This document shows, in pieces, positions 40,223 to 51,782 of a stretch of 64,000 nucleotides of DNA. The DNA lies in assembly GCA_963662275.1 (NCBI GenBank), contig OY759316.1, positions 3,136,001 through 3,200,000 on the forward strand. The letters run 5' to 3'. The translations under genes were made by a program, and so were the position numbers. The DNA is from Candidatus Cloacimonadales bacterium (GTDB lineage: Bacteria; Cloacimonadota; Cloacimonadia; Cloacimonadales; DAONDQ01). A model generated the notes under the pieces. It ran no database searches, was not told the DNA's origin, and saw only the letters and a program-made list of their open reading frames with translations. Numbering within the stretch: position 1 is the stretch's first letter; the number at the start of each line of letters is the position of its first letter.

Positions 40223-42130
40223 TCAGTGTAGTGTAAAATACTCAGTATTTACCATTTTAGCTAAATCCCATTCACCAGGTTGCCAGACTCGTACATGAAT
40301 AAGAGGCTTTTCACCTCGAAAGTCCACTAGAAGAAATAAGTATCCTTCATCTTTGTAGGTGGTTGAATAATAATTCTGCTTCATTGCCATGCCATATACT
40401 TTACCTACGCTTGCCTGCTGAATATCGAATGTATCATACTGCAGCCAGACAGTCTTGTTAGTGGCGAAACAACGACGAAGATTCTCTATATACTGTTGTT
40501 TGGTTTGCTTTAGATAGGTGGCATCACTTCCAATTAGACTTTTCATTTCGATATTTGAGGGAACATGCTGAACTACTTTACCGGTGATAATCAGTGCATC
40601 TTCAGTGAATAAGTCGGTTACTGCTTTCAAATCTTTGGTAGTGAAAGCTGTTTTATAGTTCTCTAAAAACTTGATTCCAACTTCCCGGCTGTCCCAGTCA
40701 CCATTCGACATACTCTGGTTCTGAAAACGAATAAACGTAGCAGGATTGATTGTATAAGTGAGGTTATATATCCTTCCCTGAGAATCGAAGTCAACAACGA
40801 GACTTTCATTACGAGTGGGAAGACCTGCACATTGCACGGTGACACTTAATGGTCTGAGTTCGTAACCAACATCTGTTTTATTAATAGCACACTCTTGGGG
40901 CATTTTCGCAAGTTTTAGTCTATTTTCCCTGCATAATGCGATTGCTCTTTGATAGGCATTATTATCCGTAAAAAGCGTGGCATCTGTAACCTGCTGATCT
41001 GCAAATTGGGTAAAGAGTTTGTCTATGTTATTCATGGCAGCAGCTTGACATTCAGTAGGGCAATTAGCTGGATTTTGTATTTTACAATTAGGCAACTGGG
41101 AAAGATTCTTTGTAACGATTGGCAGTATTTTAAGAATATCCGGTGGACTGGTTACAATCATCTCTTTTGCTTCAGCTTTTTCCTTCTTCTCTTTATTGGC
41201 ATTATTTTTACTGCTCAGTGATATTGTTTTTACTACTTCCATGCTTTCGTGATTGAATAACTCTGCTAAACGGGAGGTCTGATCTTCGTAAGAATCAGCA
41301 TAAGATTCCCGAACATCTATTTTGACATCCAAGTTTTCCATTTTCTTGAATTGCTGACCAATCAAATCAACCTGGATCATACCATCATTTGTCGTAAATG
41401 GAATGTATCCGGTCAGATCATATACCTGTATCGTCAGACCATTAACTGGTTGGCTGTTATATTCAGCACTCAATATGATAATACGGGTATCGACATTAAA
41501 ATCATTGCTTACGACCTTGAAATCAATTTTACGGGCAATATCCTGGATTGAATGAAATAAGATACCGGAATCTATGGTTTTATTATTGTAATTAAATGAG
41601 CATTCTGGTAGAGATTCTATGGCAAGCGCACTCCGGTAATAATTACGAAATGCATTTCCCAATTCATTGTTATTTAGACAGAGTTCTGCTTCCCTTAAGA
41701 AACCACCAATCTCATTTTTCTTATATTCGAATATCTGATTATACTTGGTTTTCTCGATATAACGAAAGATATGAAAAGTAGAACCCTTCCTGTAATCTAA
41801 TTGACTTACACCTGGAAGACGACCATAAGAGTAAGTATCGATACTTGCCTTGATTGATTCATCCGAACGTGCTTGACATTGCTTATCTGTAGATTCGGTA
41901 TTGCTTACCTGTATATTGGATATGACCAAAACTGATATTTGCCCAAGCAGCTCTTGTAATGCCCTTTGATTAGCCTGGTCACGATCAGCACCTTCTGCAT
42001 ATCCATAAAAATAGATACTGGGTTGATTCTTAATGGCGTCCATTTCGTTTTGAATGCTTGTTACTGTTGATTCTGCAAACAGAAATACAGCATTAAGAAG
42101 GATAGCTATAAAGAGTATAATATTTCTCAT
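40223..42130 (-). CDS. Exported protein with LPP20-like N-terminus and NTF2-like C-terminus
   Basis: Signal peptide; YGYAEG...ALQELLGQIS; FLENYKTAF...DALIITG...DEGYLFLLVDF...IHVRVWQP. Confidence 0.6.
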   Translation of the reverse strand: MRNIILFIAILLNAVFLFAESTVTSIQNEMDAIKNQPSIYFYGYAEGADRDQANQRALQELLGQISVLVISNIQVSNTESTDKQCQARSDESIKASIDTYSYGRLPGVSQLDYRKGSTFHIFRYIEKTKYNQIFEYKKNEIGGFLREAELCLNNNELGNAFRNYYRSALAIESLPECSFNYNNKTIDSGILFHSIQDIARKIDFKVVSNDFNVDTRIIILSAEYNSQPVNGLTIQVYDLTGYIPFTTNDGMIQVDLIGQQFKKMENLDVKIDVRESYADSYEDQTSRLAELFNHESMEVVKTISLSSKNNANKEKKEKAEAKEMIVTSPPDILKILPIVTKNLSQLPNCKIQNPANCPTECQAAAMNNIDKLFTQFADQQVTDATLFTDNNAYQRAIALCRENRLKLAKMPQECAINKTDVGYELRPLSVTVQCAGLPTRNESLVVDFDSQGRIYNLTYTINPATFIRFQNQSMSNGDWDSREVGIKFLENYKTAFTTKDLKAVTDLFTEDALIITGKVVQHVPSNIEMKSLIGSDATYLKQTKQQYIENLRRCFATNKTVWLQYDTFDIQQASVGKVYGMAMKQNYYSTTYKDEGYLFLLVDFRGEKPLIHVRVWQPGEWDLAKMVNTEYFTLH

Positions 42131-42484
42131 AACACCTCTTTTTTAGGGGAATATTAGAGAATTAGTGTAATTTCATCGTACTTTTCATCATTGATAAACT
42201 GAATCCATTCTGTCAATAATCTTCTTGATTAAGAGAGTTAAATTGATAGTCTTGTTTCATATGAAAATCAGTGAAATGAATTTCAGCTATTAGGAAAACA
42301 GCTTTTTTAATGAGAACTCCCGAAATGTAATGTGACATAGCTAACCCTTTGAAATACAACCAGAATTCAGTCTTATTGCAGAAAAGAGAGGCGAAAAGAA
42401 TTCGCCTCGCACGCCGATAAGAAATCGGCGTTCCAATCAGCGTTCCAATTTAACTGCCATCAAACTCAAAATAAGCCGCAGAGA

Positions 42485-42620
42485 TTATACCAGTTTCAAT
42501 CCTGTTTCATACCTGTTTGAATCCTGTTTCATTCCTGTTTCATCAAATAGGAATGAACTTAGAATAACCTTAGTATGAACTTGGAGAGAACTTGGTATTA
42601 ATTAAGTGGAATAAATGGGG
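42485..42620. repeat. Fold-back array of 11-bp units (CCTGTTTCATT family)
   Basis: About five direct 11-mers followed by inverted ATGAACTT(A/G)G-type units. Confidence 0.75.
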
Positions 42621-42824
42621 TTTATGAATAAATTCATTAGTAATGTTGTTTGGTGGCTACTCCTATAGTAAGCTGTGTGGAAATCACTTGTAGCAACTCC
42701 TTTAGGCTGTGTGAAGGCGACTTCAGGCGGTGGATGCTCTGCAGAAAAGCAACGTAAACGATGTTGCCACGATTCCAGAAGTAATCACCACCGTTGGATT
42801 TCAAATCTCCAATGCTATTATTGT

Positions 42825-43799
42825 TTACATCCTACTCACGATATCTTTTATCAGTGTTGGCAAATAAGCATCAAAAGCGATGTTAGTTAAATCTCGAGCG
42901 GATTCATAAGTCTTCAGAGCTTCCATCAGTAGGTGGATATATTCATAACCAAAGGTTTCGCACTTTTCCCGATTCTCATCACCGGTTTTCTGCCCATAAT
43001 ACTTTACCGCCAACCTGTGGGTCATAGCGCGGACAACTCCTTCCTGCAAGAAGGCACCTTCATAAAGAGAGCGGTCATCTTCTTTCAGATCTTTGGCGAT
43101 ACGTATGAAAACATCTTCATCAATCTCATACTCGTTCAGATAAGAATCAATGATGGGATTAACAAATCCATGTCCAAATTCGTGCCAGAGGAAATCCCGT
43201 AAACCAAATTCAGTCCAGTTAGATTGTTTGAGAGGATCATAACCGATTGTACAGGTAACATTCCTGGCATTTCCATACCCCTGTCCTCCACCATATCCTC
43301 CATCCTGGAGCGGTGAAGAAATGAATGAATAGTGGTCGAAACCCATTCCAAAATACGATTCAAGTTCACCTGGGATATCAAATAATACAAGCATCTTTTC
43401 CAACTTTTCAATAATAGACTTGTAATAATCCTGGTGAGTTTCCCAAAACCCCTGGAAGTTACTATCCCTTGCAAAATCCTTCAGCCCACCGTAAAATTGC
43501 ATCCAGTTATCTTTTCCCCATGAACGGTCATAAAAATAAGGAATAGGTTCAGATATCAATTCTAACTCTTTCCTGAATTGCATAAAGTGCATGGAATTAA
43601 TGGGAGCATCATAGCAGAAATGTCCCATAATCGATTGATAAAATTTGACGGCAGGATGCTCGGAATATGCACCGAACCAGGTTTGTGCTTCATCCTTGTA
43701 AGCACATTCTTTAGTTGACAGACGATGATCTCCTGAGACAAACTGTAATACAGACAGCAATTCCATGCGCGGATCAACACTGATTTGAAGAGATTTCAT
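42825..43799 (-). CDS. DUF4932-like protein with HExxH motif (possible metallopeptidase)
   Basis: VDPRMELLS N-terminus, HEFGHGFVNP, downstream EGVVRA. Confidence 0.75.
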   Translation of the reverse strand: MKSLQISVDPRMELLSVLQFVSGDHRLSTKECAYKDEAQTWFGAYSEHPAVKFYQSIMGHFCYDAPINSMHFMQFRKELELISEPIPYFYDRSWGKDNWMQFYGGLKDFARDSNFQGFWETHQDYYKSIIEKLEKMLVLFDIPGELESYFGMGFDHYSFISSPLQDGGYGGGQGYGNARNVTCTIGYDPLKQSNWTEFGLRDFLWHEFGHGFVNPIIDSYLNEYEIDEDVFIRIAKDLKEDDRSLYEGAFLQEGVVRAMTHRLAVKYYGQKTGDENREKCETFGYEYIHLLMEALKTYESARDLTNIAFDAYLPTLIKDIVSRM

Positions 43800-43841
43800 A
43801 ATTTCTTTACTCCCAATATAAGCTGGAAAGATAACTCTGCC

Positions 43842-43991
43842 GGGTTTGAACTTCCCTGAAAACTGGTTTTCGCTGCCGGGGATGAAAGGTCAGTTTGAAG
43901 TCCGAATGCCCTTTTAGTCAAGTATTCAATGATAATTTATTTAGGGCATTTGAACTCCAAAATCCTTAGCTTTCATGGAAACTTCAAACCC
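43842..43991. repeat. MITE-like or structured repeat, copy B (150 bp, clearest TIRs)
   Basis: GGGTTTGAACTTCCC...GGAAACTTCAAACCC with a long internal stem. Confidence 0.75.
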
Positions 43992-44195
43992 TTAGTTTTC
44001 TTTTTCTTCATCCTTTTCAATAGGGATTCCCCCAGCACCCTTCACACCAAAGAATATACCTAATGCGAACAATACTACAAAGATATATACCTTGATTCCG
44101 GAATACATATTTATAATAATCATGAGTCCGGAGAAAAAGCATAGGAGAGAAAGTGCACTATACATTTTATTCTTCCAATTAAACTTAACTTTCAT
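43992..44195 (-). CDS. Small two-TM membrane protein (67 aa)
   Basis: AGGAGG RBS before MKVKFNWK; two hydrophobic helices and an acidic tail. Confidence 0.7.
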   Translation of the reverse strand: MKVKFNWKNKMYSALSLLCFFSGLMIIINMYSGIKVYIFVVLFALGIFFGVKGAGGIPIEKDEEKEN

Positions 44196-44310
44196 AGTCA
44201 GAACCTCCTGAGTTTGCTGTAACGCCTTATTCATAATGGCTAAGGTTTGATGAATCAAACCAACCAACGAATGAATTTGTTGCTACGGATTTGAATAAAA
44301 TTATTTGCAA

Positions 44311-44345
44311 AATAAAGGGGAGAAAGTAATCTCTTACTTTCTCCC
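44311..44345 (-). terminator. Intrinsic terminator after gyrA
   Basis: GGGAGAAAGTAA-TCTC-TTACTTTCTCCC 12-bp stem with a T-rich tail on the minus strand. Confidence 0.85.
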
Positions 44346-44364
44346 ATTATTTGTTGATTAGTGT

Positions 44365-46977
44365 TTATTCATCGAAAGTGAATTCATCAGACTCTTCTTT
44401 TTCTTCGATATCTGAATCATCTTCTTCGATCTCATCGTTTATTTCTTCATCAATTTCTTCGTCGATAGCATCATCGTCTTCATCGACATCGGGAGCATCA
44501 GTCCCTTCTTCAATGATTGGAACGGAGTGATCACTCTTGATTTCGTTCTCTTCCGGTTCTTCAGGAATGCGAGTGATATCAAACACCTTATCTTCTTCAT
44601 TCAGGTTGATCAGGCGTACGCCCTGGGTGTTTCTACCGATGGTATTGATATCCCTAACAGCCTGGCGAATGATCATACCGTCTTTCGTGATAATCATCAA
44701 ATCATCTGAGTCTTCCACTTCCATTAAGGCGACAAGATAGCCATTACGCATCGTGGTCTTCAGCGTGATAACACCTTTTGAACCGCGTTTGTGACTGGAA
44801 TAAGCAGAGGAATCCGTGCGCTTTCCATATCCGTTTTCTGAGATGGCAAGAAGTGTATTATCCGTACGAAGCACAACCATCGATACAACAAAATCACCGG
44901 TTCTCAGCCTGATTCCGCGAACACCCTGGGAGTTTCTGCCCATAGAGCGAACATCTGCTTCATTGAAGCGGTTGGAATATCCATCATGAGTAGCTAAGAG
45001 CACATCATTTGAACCTTCGGATACTTTTGCATCGATCAATTCATCTCCATCTACAAGCTTAATGGCAATGATACCGGACGTTCTTGGTCGTGAATACTTC
45101 GAAAGCTGTGTTTTCTTAATCAAGCCGTTGCGAGTACACATCACAATATAATGAGTCTCATCAAAATCCTTCACCGTTACAAAGGCTTTGATCTTTTCTC
45201 CTGATTGTAATGGAATGAGGTTCACCATTGCTTTTCCGCGAGCTTGACGACTGGCTTCCGGAATTTCAAAGACCTTCAGCCAGTAACATTTTCCGAAGTT
45301 CGTGAAGAATAAAATGTAAGAATGTGTAGAAGCCATGAAGATATTCTGAATGAAGTCATCTTCTTTCAGATTCGTTGCAGATTTGCCACGTCCACCACGG
45401 TTTTGAACTGTATATTCATCAAGCTTGATACGTTTTACATATCCTTCATGAGTAATCGTCACGATTACATTTTCTTCCTCAATCAGGTCTTCGATGTTAT
45501 AATCAGCGGAATGCTCTGTGATCCTGGTCTTGCGTGGATCACCGTATTTCGCTTTCATTTCCATTGTTTCATCTCTAATGATCTGCATACGGAGTTCTTT
45601 CTTTTCCAGAATCTCTTTCAGTTTGGCAACAAGAAGAACAAGCTCACGGTATTCAGCTTCAATCTTGTCGCGTTCCATGCCGGTAAGTCTTTGCAGACGC
45701 ATTTCCAGGATAGCTTTCGCCTGGATTTCACTAAGACCGAACTTAGCCTGTAACTGTTCGCTTGCTTCGACGACTGTTGCAGATGCACGGATGGTGGCAA
45801 TCACTTCATCAAGATGATCGAGAGCGATACGCAGACCTTCCAAAATATGGAGTCTTGCTTCTGCATTTCTCAATTCGAACTGAGTACGACGATAAATGAC
45901 TTCATGCCGGAAATCGAGGAATAACTGCAAGAGTGTCTGCATACTGAGAATCTTGGGTTCCCCATTAACCAGGCAAAGATTGATAACACCAAACGTGGAT
46001 TGAAGCGGTGTGTAGTGGAATAGCTGATTTTTTATCGTTTCTCCATCCGCATTACGCTTTACATGGATGACCAGTCGCATACCCTGGCGACCTGATTCAT
46101 CGCGGATATCACTGATGCCTTCGATACGTTTGTCTTTCACCAATTCAGCGATCTTTTCAATCAGCAGGGTCTTGTTCACCATATAGGGTATTTCTGTAAT
46201 TACGATGAGTTCTTTCCCATCTTTATTGATCTCAATATTCGCTTCACCCCTGACACGCAGACGTCCGCGACCTGTTTCGAAGTATTCATGAATACCTGAT
46301 TTACCATTGATTGTTCCACCGGTTGGAAAGTCAGGTCCCTTGATATAATTCAGTAATTCAATGGAAGTCAGTTCAGGATTATCAATCATGGCAATAAGAC
46401 CATCACATACTTCACCAACATTATGAGGAGCCATATTCGTTGCCATACCAACAGCGATACCAGTTGAACCATTAATCAAGAGATTAGGCAATCTTGAGGG
46501 AAATACTTCCGGTTCCTTGCGTGTATCATCATAATTTGGTCTGAAATCAACGGTTTCCTTATCAAGATCATCCAGCATTTCGGTGGTTACTCTTTGCAGA
46601 CGAGCTTCCGTATAACGCATTGCCGCAGGAGGATCACCATCAATGGAACCAAAATTACCCTGTCCATCTACGAGTGGATAACGCATATTCCAGGTTTGTG
46701 CCATACGTACGAGGGTAGGATAGACAACCTGCTCACCGTGTGGATGGTAGTTACCGGATGTATCGCCGGCGATCTTGGCGCATTTACGGAAGTGTCCGCC
46801 GGGGCTGAGATTCAACTCGTGCATGGCAAACAGGATACGTCTCTGGGAAGGTTTGAGACCATCACGGACATCCGGTAGGGCACGAGCAATAATCACGCTC
46901 ATGGAATACTCCAGGTAAGCGCGTTTCATTTCTTCTTCTATCTGCACTGTGATTAGTTTTGATTTATTTTCTATCAT
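44365..46977 (-). CDS. gyrA: DNA gyrase subunit A
   Basis: DGLKP, YHPHGE, AAMRYTE, GyrA-box QNRGGRG, acidic tail. Confidence 0.98.
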   Translation of the reverse strand: MIENKSKLITVQIEEEMKRAYLEYSMSVIIARALPDVRDGLKPSQRRILFAMHELNLSPGGHFRKCAKIAGDTSGNYHPHGEQVVYPTLVRMAQTWNMRYPLVDGQGNFGSIDGDPPAAMRYTEARLQRVTTEMLDDLDKETVDFRPNYDDTRKEPEVFPSRLPNLLINGSTGIAVGMATNMAPHNVGEVCDGLIAMIDNPELTSIELLNYIKGPDFPTGGTINGKSGIHEYFETGRGRLRVRGEANIEINKDGKELIVITEIPYMVNKTLLIEKIAELVKDKRIEGISDIRDESGRQGMRLVIHVKRNADGETIKNQLFHYTPLQSTFGVINLCLVNGEPKILSMQTLLQLFLDFRHEVIYRRTQFELRNAEARLHILEGLRIALDHLDEVIATIRASATVVEASEQLQAKFGLSEIQAKAILEMRLQRLTGMERDKIEAEYRELVLLVAKLKEILEKKELRMQIIRDETMEMKAKYGDPRKTRITEHSADYNIEDLIEEENVIVTITHEGYVKRIKLDEYTVQNRGGRGKSATNLKEDDFIQNIFMASTHSYILFFTNFGKCYWLKVFEIPEASRQARGKAMVNLIPLQSGEKIKAFVTVKDFDETHYIVMCTRNGLIKKTQLSKYSRPRTSGIIAIKLVDGDELIDAKVSEGSNDVLLATHDGYSNRFNEADVRSMGRNSQGVRGIRLRTGDFVVSMVVLRTDNTLLAISENGYGKRTDSSAYSSHKRGSKGVITLKTTMRNGYLVALMEVEDSDDLMIITKDGMIIRQAVRDINTIGRNTQGVRLINLNEEDKVFDITRIPEEPEENEIKSDHSVPIIEEGTDAPDVDEDDDAIDEEIDEEINDEIEEDDSDIEEKEESDEFTFDE

Positions 46978-46987
46978 TGAATCCTCC

Positions 46988-48934
<1,947 letters not shown>

Positions 48935-49162
48935 TTATTTATTTTCTAGGGATTAGAGTACATGAAATAGAAAACTGATATTATTCATTAATAGGAGTTA
49001 ATTTCATATATTTCTAATAAATACCTTAGCACAATTTGGGGGATATCTGTCAATAATAAATTGTCATTATTTGCTACTTTTCTTAGATGCCTGAAACACT
49101 GATTATATCTATGTTTAAAACATTTTTATTGACAAGAAATCAAACGCACTTTATAAAAAAGA

Positions 49163-49909
49163 TTGATCGTATTGAAATGCCTTCTCATCGAAAAGGAGTT
49201 TCTTATGCTGGATAACATTGACCTGAATAAAATGATGAAAGTAAAACAGGTTGGATTGCTGCTACCCAAGGTGGTAGGTATTGTAAATTCGATTCATCAA
49301 TACTATAAATCAGCTATCCTGTATATTATTATAGCTATCGTTTTGTATAGCCGGTATGATTATCGCCTGATTGCCATTTCCATGTTAGTTATGAATGTCT
49401 TTACATATCTTATTGAAACTTTTTGGAGCAAACCAGAATACCGTAAATTTGTGGATCAATGCAGCAAATTTATGAAAGAGATAACAGGCAGTACTGAGGG
49501 TCATAAAGTATCATCTTCAGCCAAAAATCACTTTAGTAAGGACCTAGTGAAGGATGTGACCCGCATAATTGGCTGGATTGCAATTCCACTTATCTTGTAT
49601 TATTGGTTTGGCAAATGGGATAATATGCATTCAAGGGAATTTGCAATTACCATTATGTTCATATTTGCTATTAATTGGGTAATCCTTAATATCTTCCGAG
49701 CCATCTTACAAGGTAACATTCTCTATGCAGTATCATTATTACCAATCTATTTTATTTTCTGGAAATTGAAGATCGTGAATCGTGATGTGTTATTGTTACT
49801 GCTCCTGATCGGAACAATCTATTACTCTATCACAGCGGTTGTATTATCTATCACCTTTAAGATCGAAAAATACCAACAGAAATTCGAAAAAATTAAGTCA
49901 TCGGATTAG
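49163..49909 (+). CDS. Hypothetical membrane protein (start may be MLDNIDL)
   Basis: Several TM segments; AAGGAG RBS precedes the internal ATG. Confidence 0.7.
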   Translation: MIVLKCLLIEKEFLMLDNIDLNKMMKVKQVGLLLPKVVGIVNSIHQYYKSAILYIIIAIVLYSRYDYRLIAISMLVMNVFTYLIETFWSKPEYRKFVDQCSKFMKEITGSTEGHKVSSSAKNHFSKDLVKDVTRIIGWIAIPLILYYWFGKWDNMHSREFAITIMFIFAINWVILNIFRAILQGNILYAVSLLPIYFIFWKLKIVNRDVLLLLLLIGTIYYSITAVVLSITFKIEKYQQKFEKIKSSD

Positions 49910-49916
49910 AGGAAAT

Positions 49917-50753
49917 TTATCTTTCTTTAAGCTTTAAAGCCAGTTCATAAATCCGGTTCTTTTTCACTCCTGTCAGCTCGGAGACCTGTCTAATGACATC
50001 ACTTTGAGAAAGACCATTGGAAAGTAAATCCTCTAGCAATTTCTCAATATCTTCATTGGTAATAATCGTTGATCCGGCACCGGATACCAAGACCACAAAT
50101 TCCCCTTTTAAAACCATTCCCGAGGCATCATCCAATAAATCGGAGATCTTTCCGCGATAATATGTTTCATAGATCTTGCTGATTTCTCGACCAACTACGA
50201 TATTTCTATCACCAAAGATAGAGAGCCAAGTCTCAAGAGATTTAGTAAGACGATGGGGAGCTTCATAAAAGATCAAAGTTTCTGGATAACTCAAGACGCG
50301 ATGAAGCAGATGCGATTGGTCTTTCTGCTTTTCCGGCATGAAACCAAGAAAACAAAACTGTTCAGAAGGTAAACCGGAAGCTGCAAGGACAGGTACAAAG
50401 GCAGTCGCTCCCGGGAGGCAACAGACTTGGATATCATTAGCAATAGCTTCTTTCACGAAAATATAGGAAGGGTCAGAGATACCGGGTGTTCCGGCATCAG
50501 TGATCAAGGCGATATCCTCTCCCTCGATCAATTTATTTAACCAATTCAAAGAGCGACTTTTCTCATTGAATTTATGATAACTCTGAACCTTGGTTTCGAT
50601 TTCATAATGTTTTAATAAAATAGTAGATTTGCGTGTATCCTCTGCCCCGATCAGTGAGACTTCTTTTAGGATACGAATTGCCCGAAAGGTAATATCCTCA
50701 AGATTTCCGATGGGAGTGGGAACGAGATATAAAATACCTTTATCTTTCATCAA
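49917..50753 (-). CDS. rsmI: 16S rRNA (cytidine1402-2'-O)-methyltransferase
   Basis: LYLVPTPIGNLEDIT, AEDTR, DAGTPGISDP, YEAPHR, REISKIYE. Confidence 0.96.
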   Translation of the reverse strand: MMKDKGILYLVPTPIGNLEDITFRAIRILKEVSLIGAEDTRKSTILLKHYEIETKVQSYHKFNEKSRSLNWLNKLIEGEDIALITDAGTPGISDPSYIFVKEAIANDIQVCCLPGATAFVPVLAASGLPSEQFCFLGFMPEKQKDQSHLLHRVLSYPETLIFYEAPHRLTKSLETWLSIFGDRNIVVGREISKIYETYYRGKISDLLDDASGMVLKGEFVVLVSGAGSTIITNEDIEKLLEDLLSNGLSQSDVIRQVSELTGVKKNRIYELALKLKER

Positions 50754-50908
50754 ACTAACACTGGTTTCTAAATGATTTCAATCAACTGACCTGTAATATT
50801 GTCACAGTCGTCTTATCGGTTTGAGTGATATACCAGAGACTAGAAGGTATTTTAAATTTATCGATATCTGTATAATCACTGAAATCAATACAAAAAACGC
50901 AACTAGTA

Positions 50909-51397
50909 TTACTCACCCTCAGCAGTACCCACTACGTCAAATACACGATACAATGGACCTGTGCTAGGCCAATATTCTTTGGGAAAATTAAAATTAGGTT
51001 CTATCAGGAACTCATATTTTCCAGGTTGAGTTTTTATGACAGTAAACGTATCTCTTAATTTATCACCTACCTCCAGGACACCATCGCTATCTAATGTATT
51101 CGAACTAAAAGTGCCTGACTCGTTCTTCACAGAATAGTAAGATTTCACTGAAATTGAAAACAGCGAATTGTTTTCTGAACTATACCTGTAAGAAATTGGA
51201 AATTCACTAATATTCCGTATTTCCAGGATATATTTAACGGGTTCATTAATGGCATATGAATTCTTAACCGTGTCTGTGGAATCTACGATCACACATGTTA
51301 CTTCGAGATAATCTCCCTTCGAAATATCCTGCTGTGCAAATAAACAACTCGCCAACATTCCAAAAACTATGATAATTAAAAGTGTCAGAGCCTTCAT
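50909..51397 (-). CDS. Exported hypothetical protein, Ig-like beta-rich
   Basis: GGAGG RBS, signal peptide, NEPVKYILEIRN...PGKYE pattern. Confidence 0.65.
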   Translation of the reverse strand: MKALTLLIIIVFGMLASCLFAQQDISKGDYLEVTCVIVDSTDTVKNSYAINEPVKYILEIRNISEFPISYRYSSENNSLFSISVKSYYSVKNESGTFSSNTLDSDGVLEVGDKLRDTFTVIKTQPGKYEFLIEPNFNFPKEYWPSTGPLYRVFDVVGTAEGE

Positions 51398-51608
51398 TAT
51401 ATTCCTCCATTTTGATTGAATAACAACTTATCTAGCCAATTTATAAACCAGATTTAGATCAAGTCCAGTATTTTTTCTGACCTGATAATGAAAAAGTAAG
51501 AACTTCTGTTTATCTGTCAAATATTACCTGAGTTTTTTTATCATAATCGCCGATTTTAAAATCCTTTTGCCCTTTTTGTCAGATATTTAATGATAATTAG
51601 TTTGGGCA

Positions 51609-51745
51609 TTTTGAACCTAACTGAAAGCAGGCTTTTGCTACCGAGGATGAAAGATCGGTTTGAAGTCAAATTTTCCTTTTAGCTAGGTGGTTACTGATAG
51701 TTTTGCTTGGGAAATTGAACTCCAAATCCTCAGCTTTCATATAAA
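51609..51745. repeat. MITE-like or structured repeat, copy C (eroded ends)
   Basis: TTTTGCTACCGAGGATGAAAG...TGAACTCCAAATCCTCAGCTTTCATATAAA shared with copies A and B. Confidence 0.7.
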
Positions 51746-51782
51746 GCACGGATAAATGAAAAGAAGAACGGGTTGACTGGTT

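Noticed and set aside
43842..43991. Integron attC site
   Set aside because: No RYYYAAC/GTTRRRY core pair at the ends and no integrase in the window.
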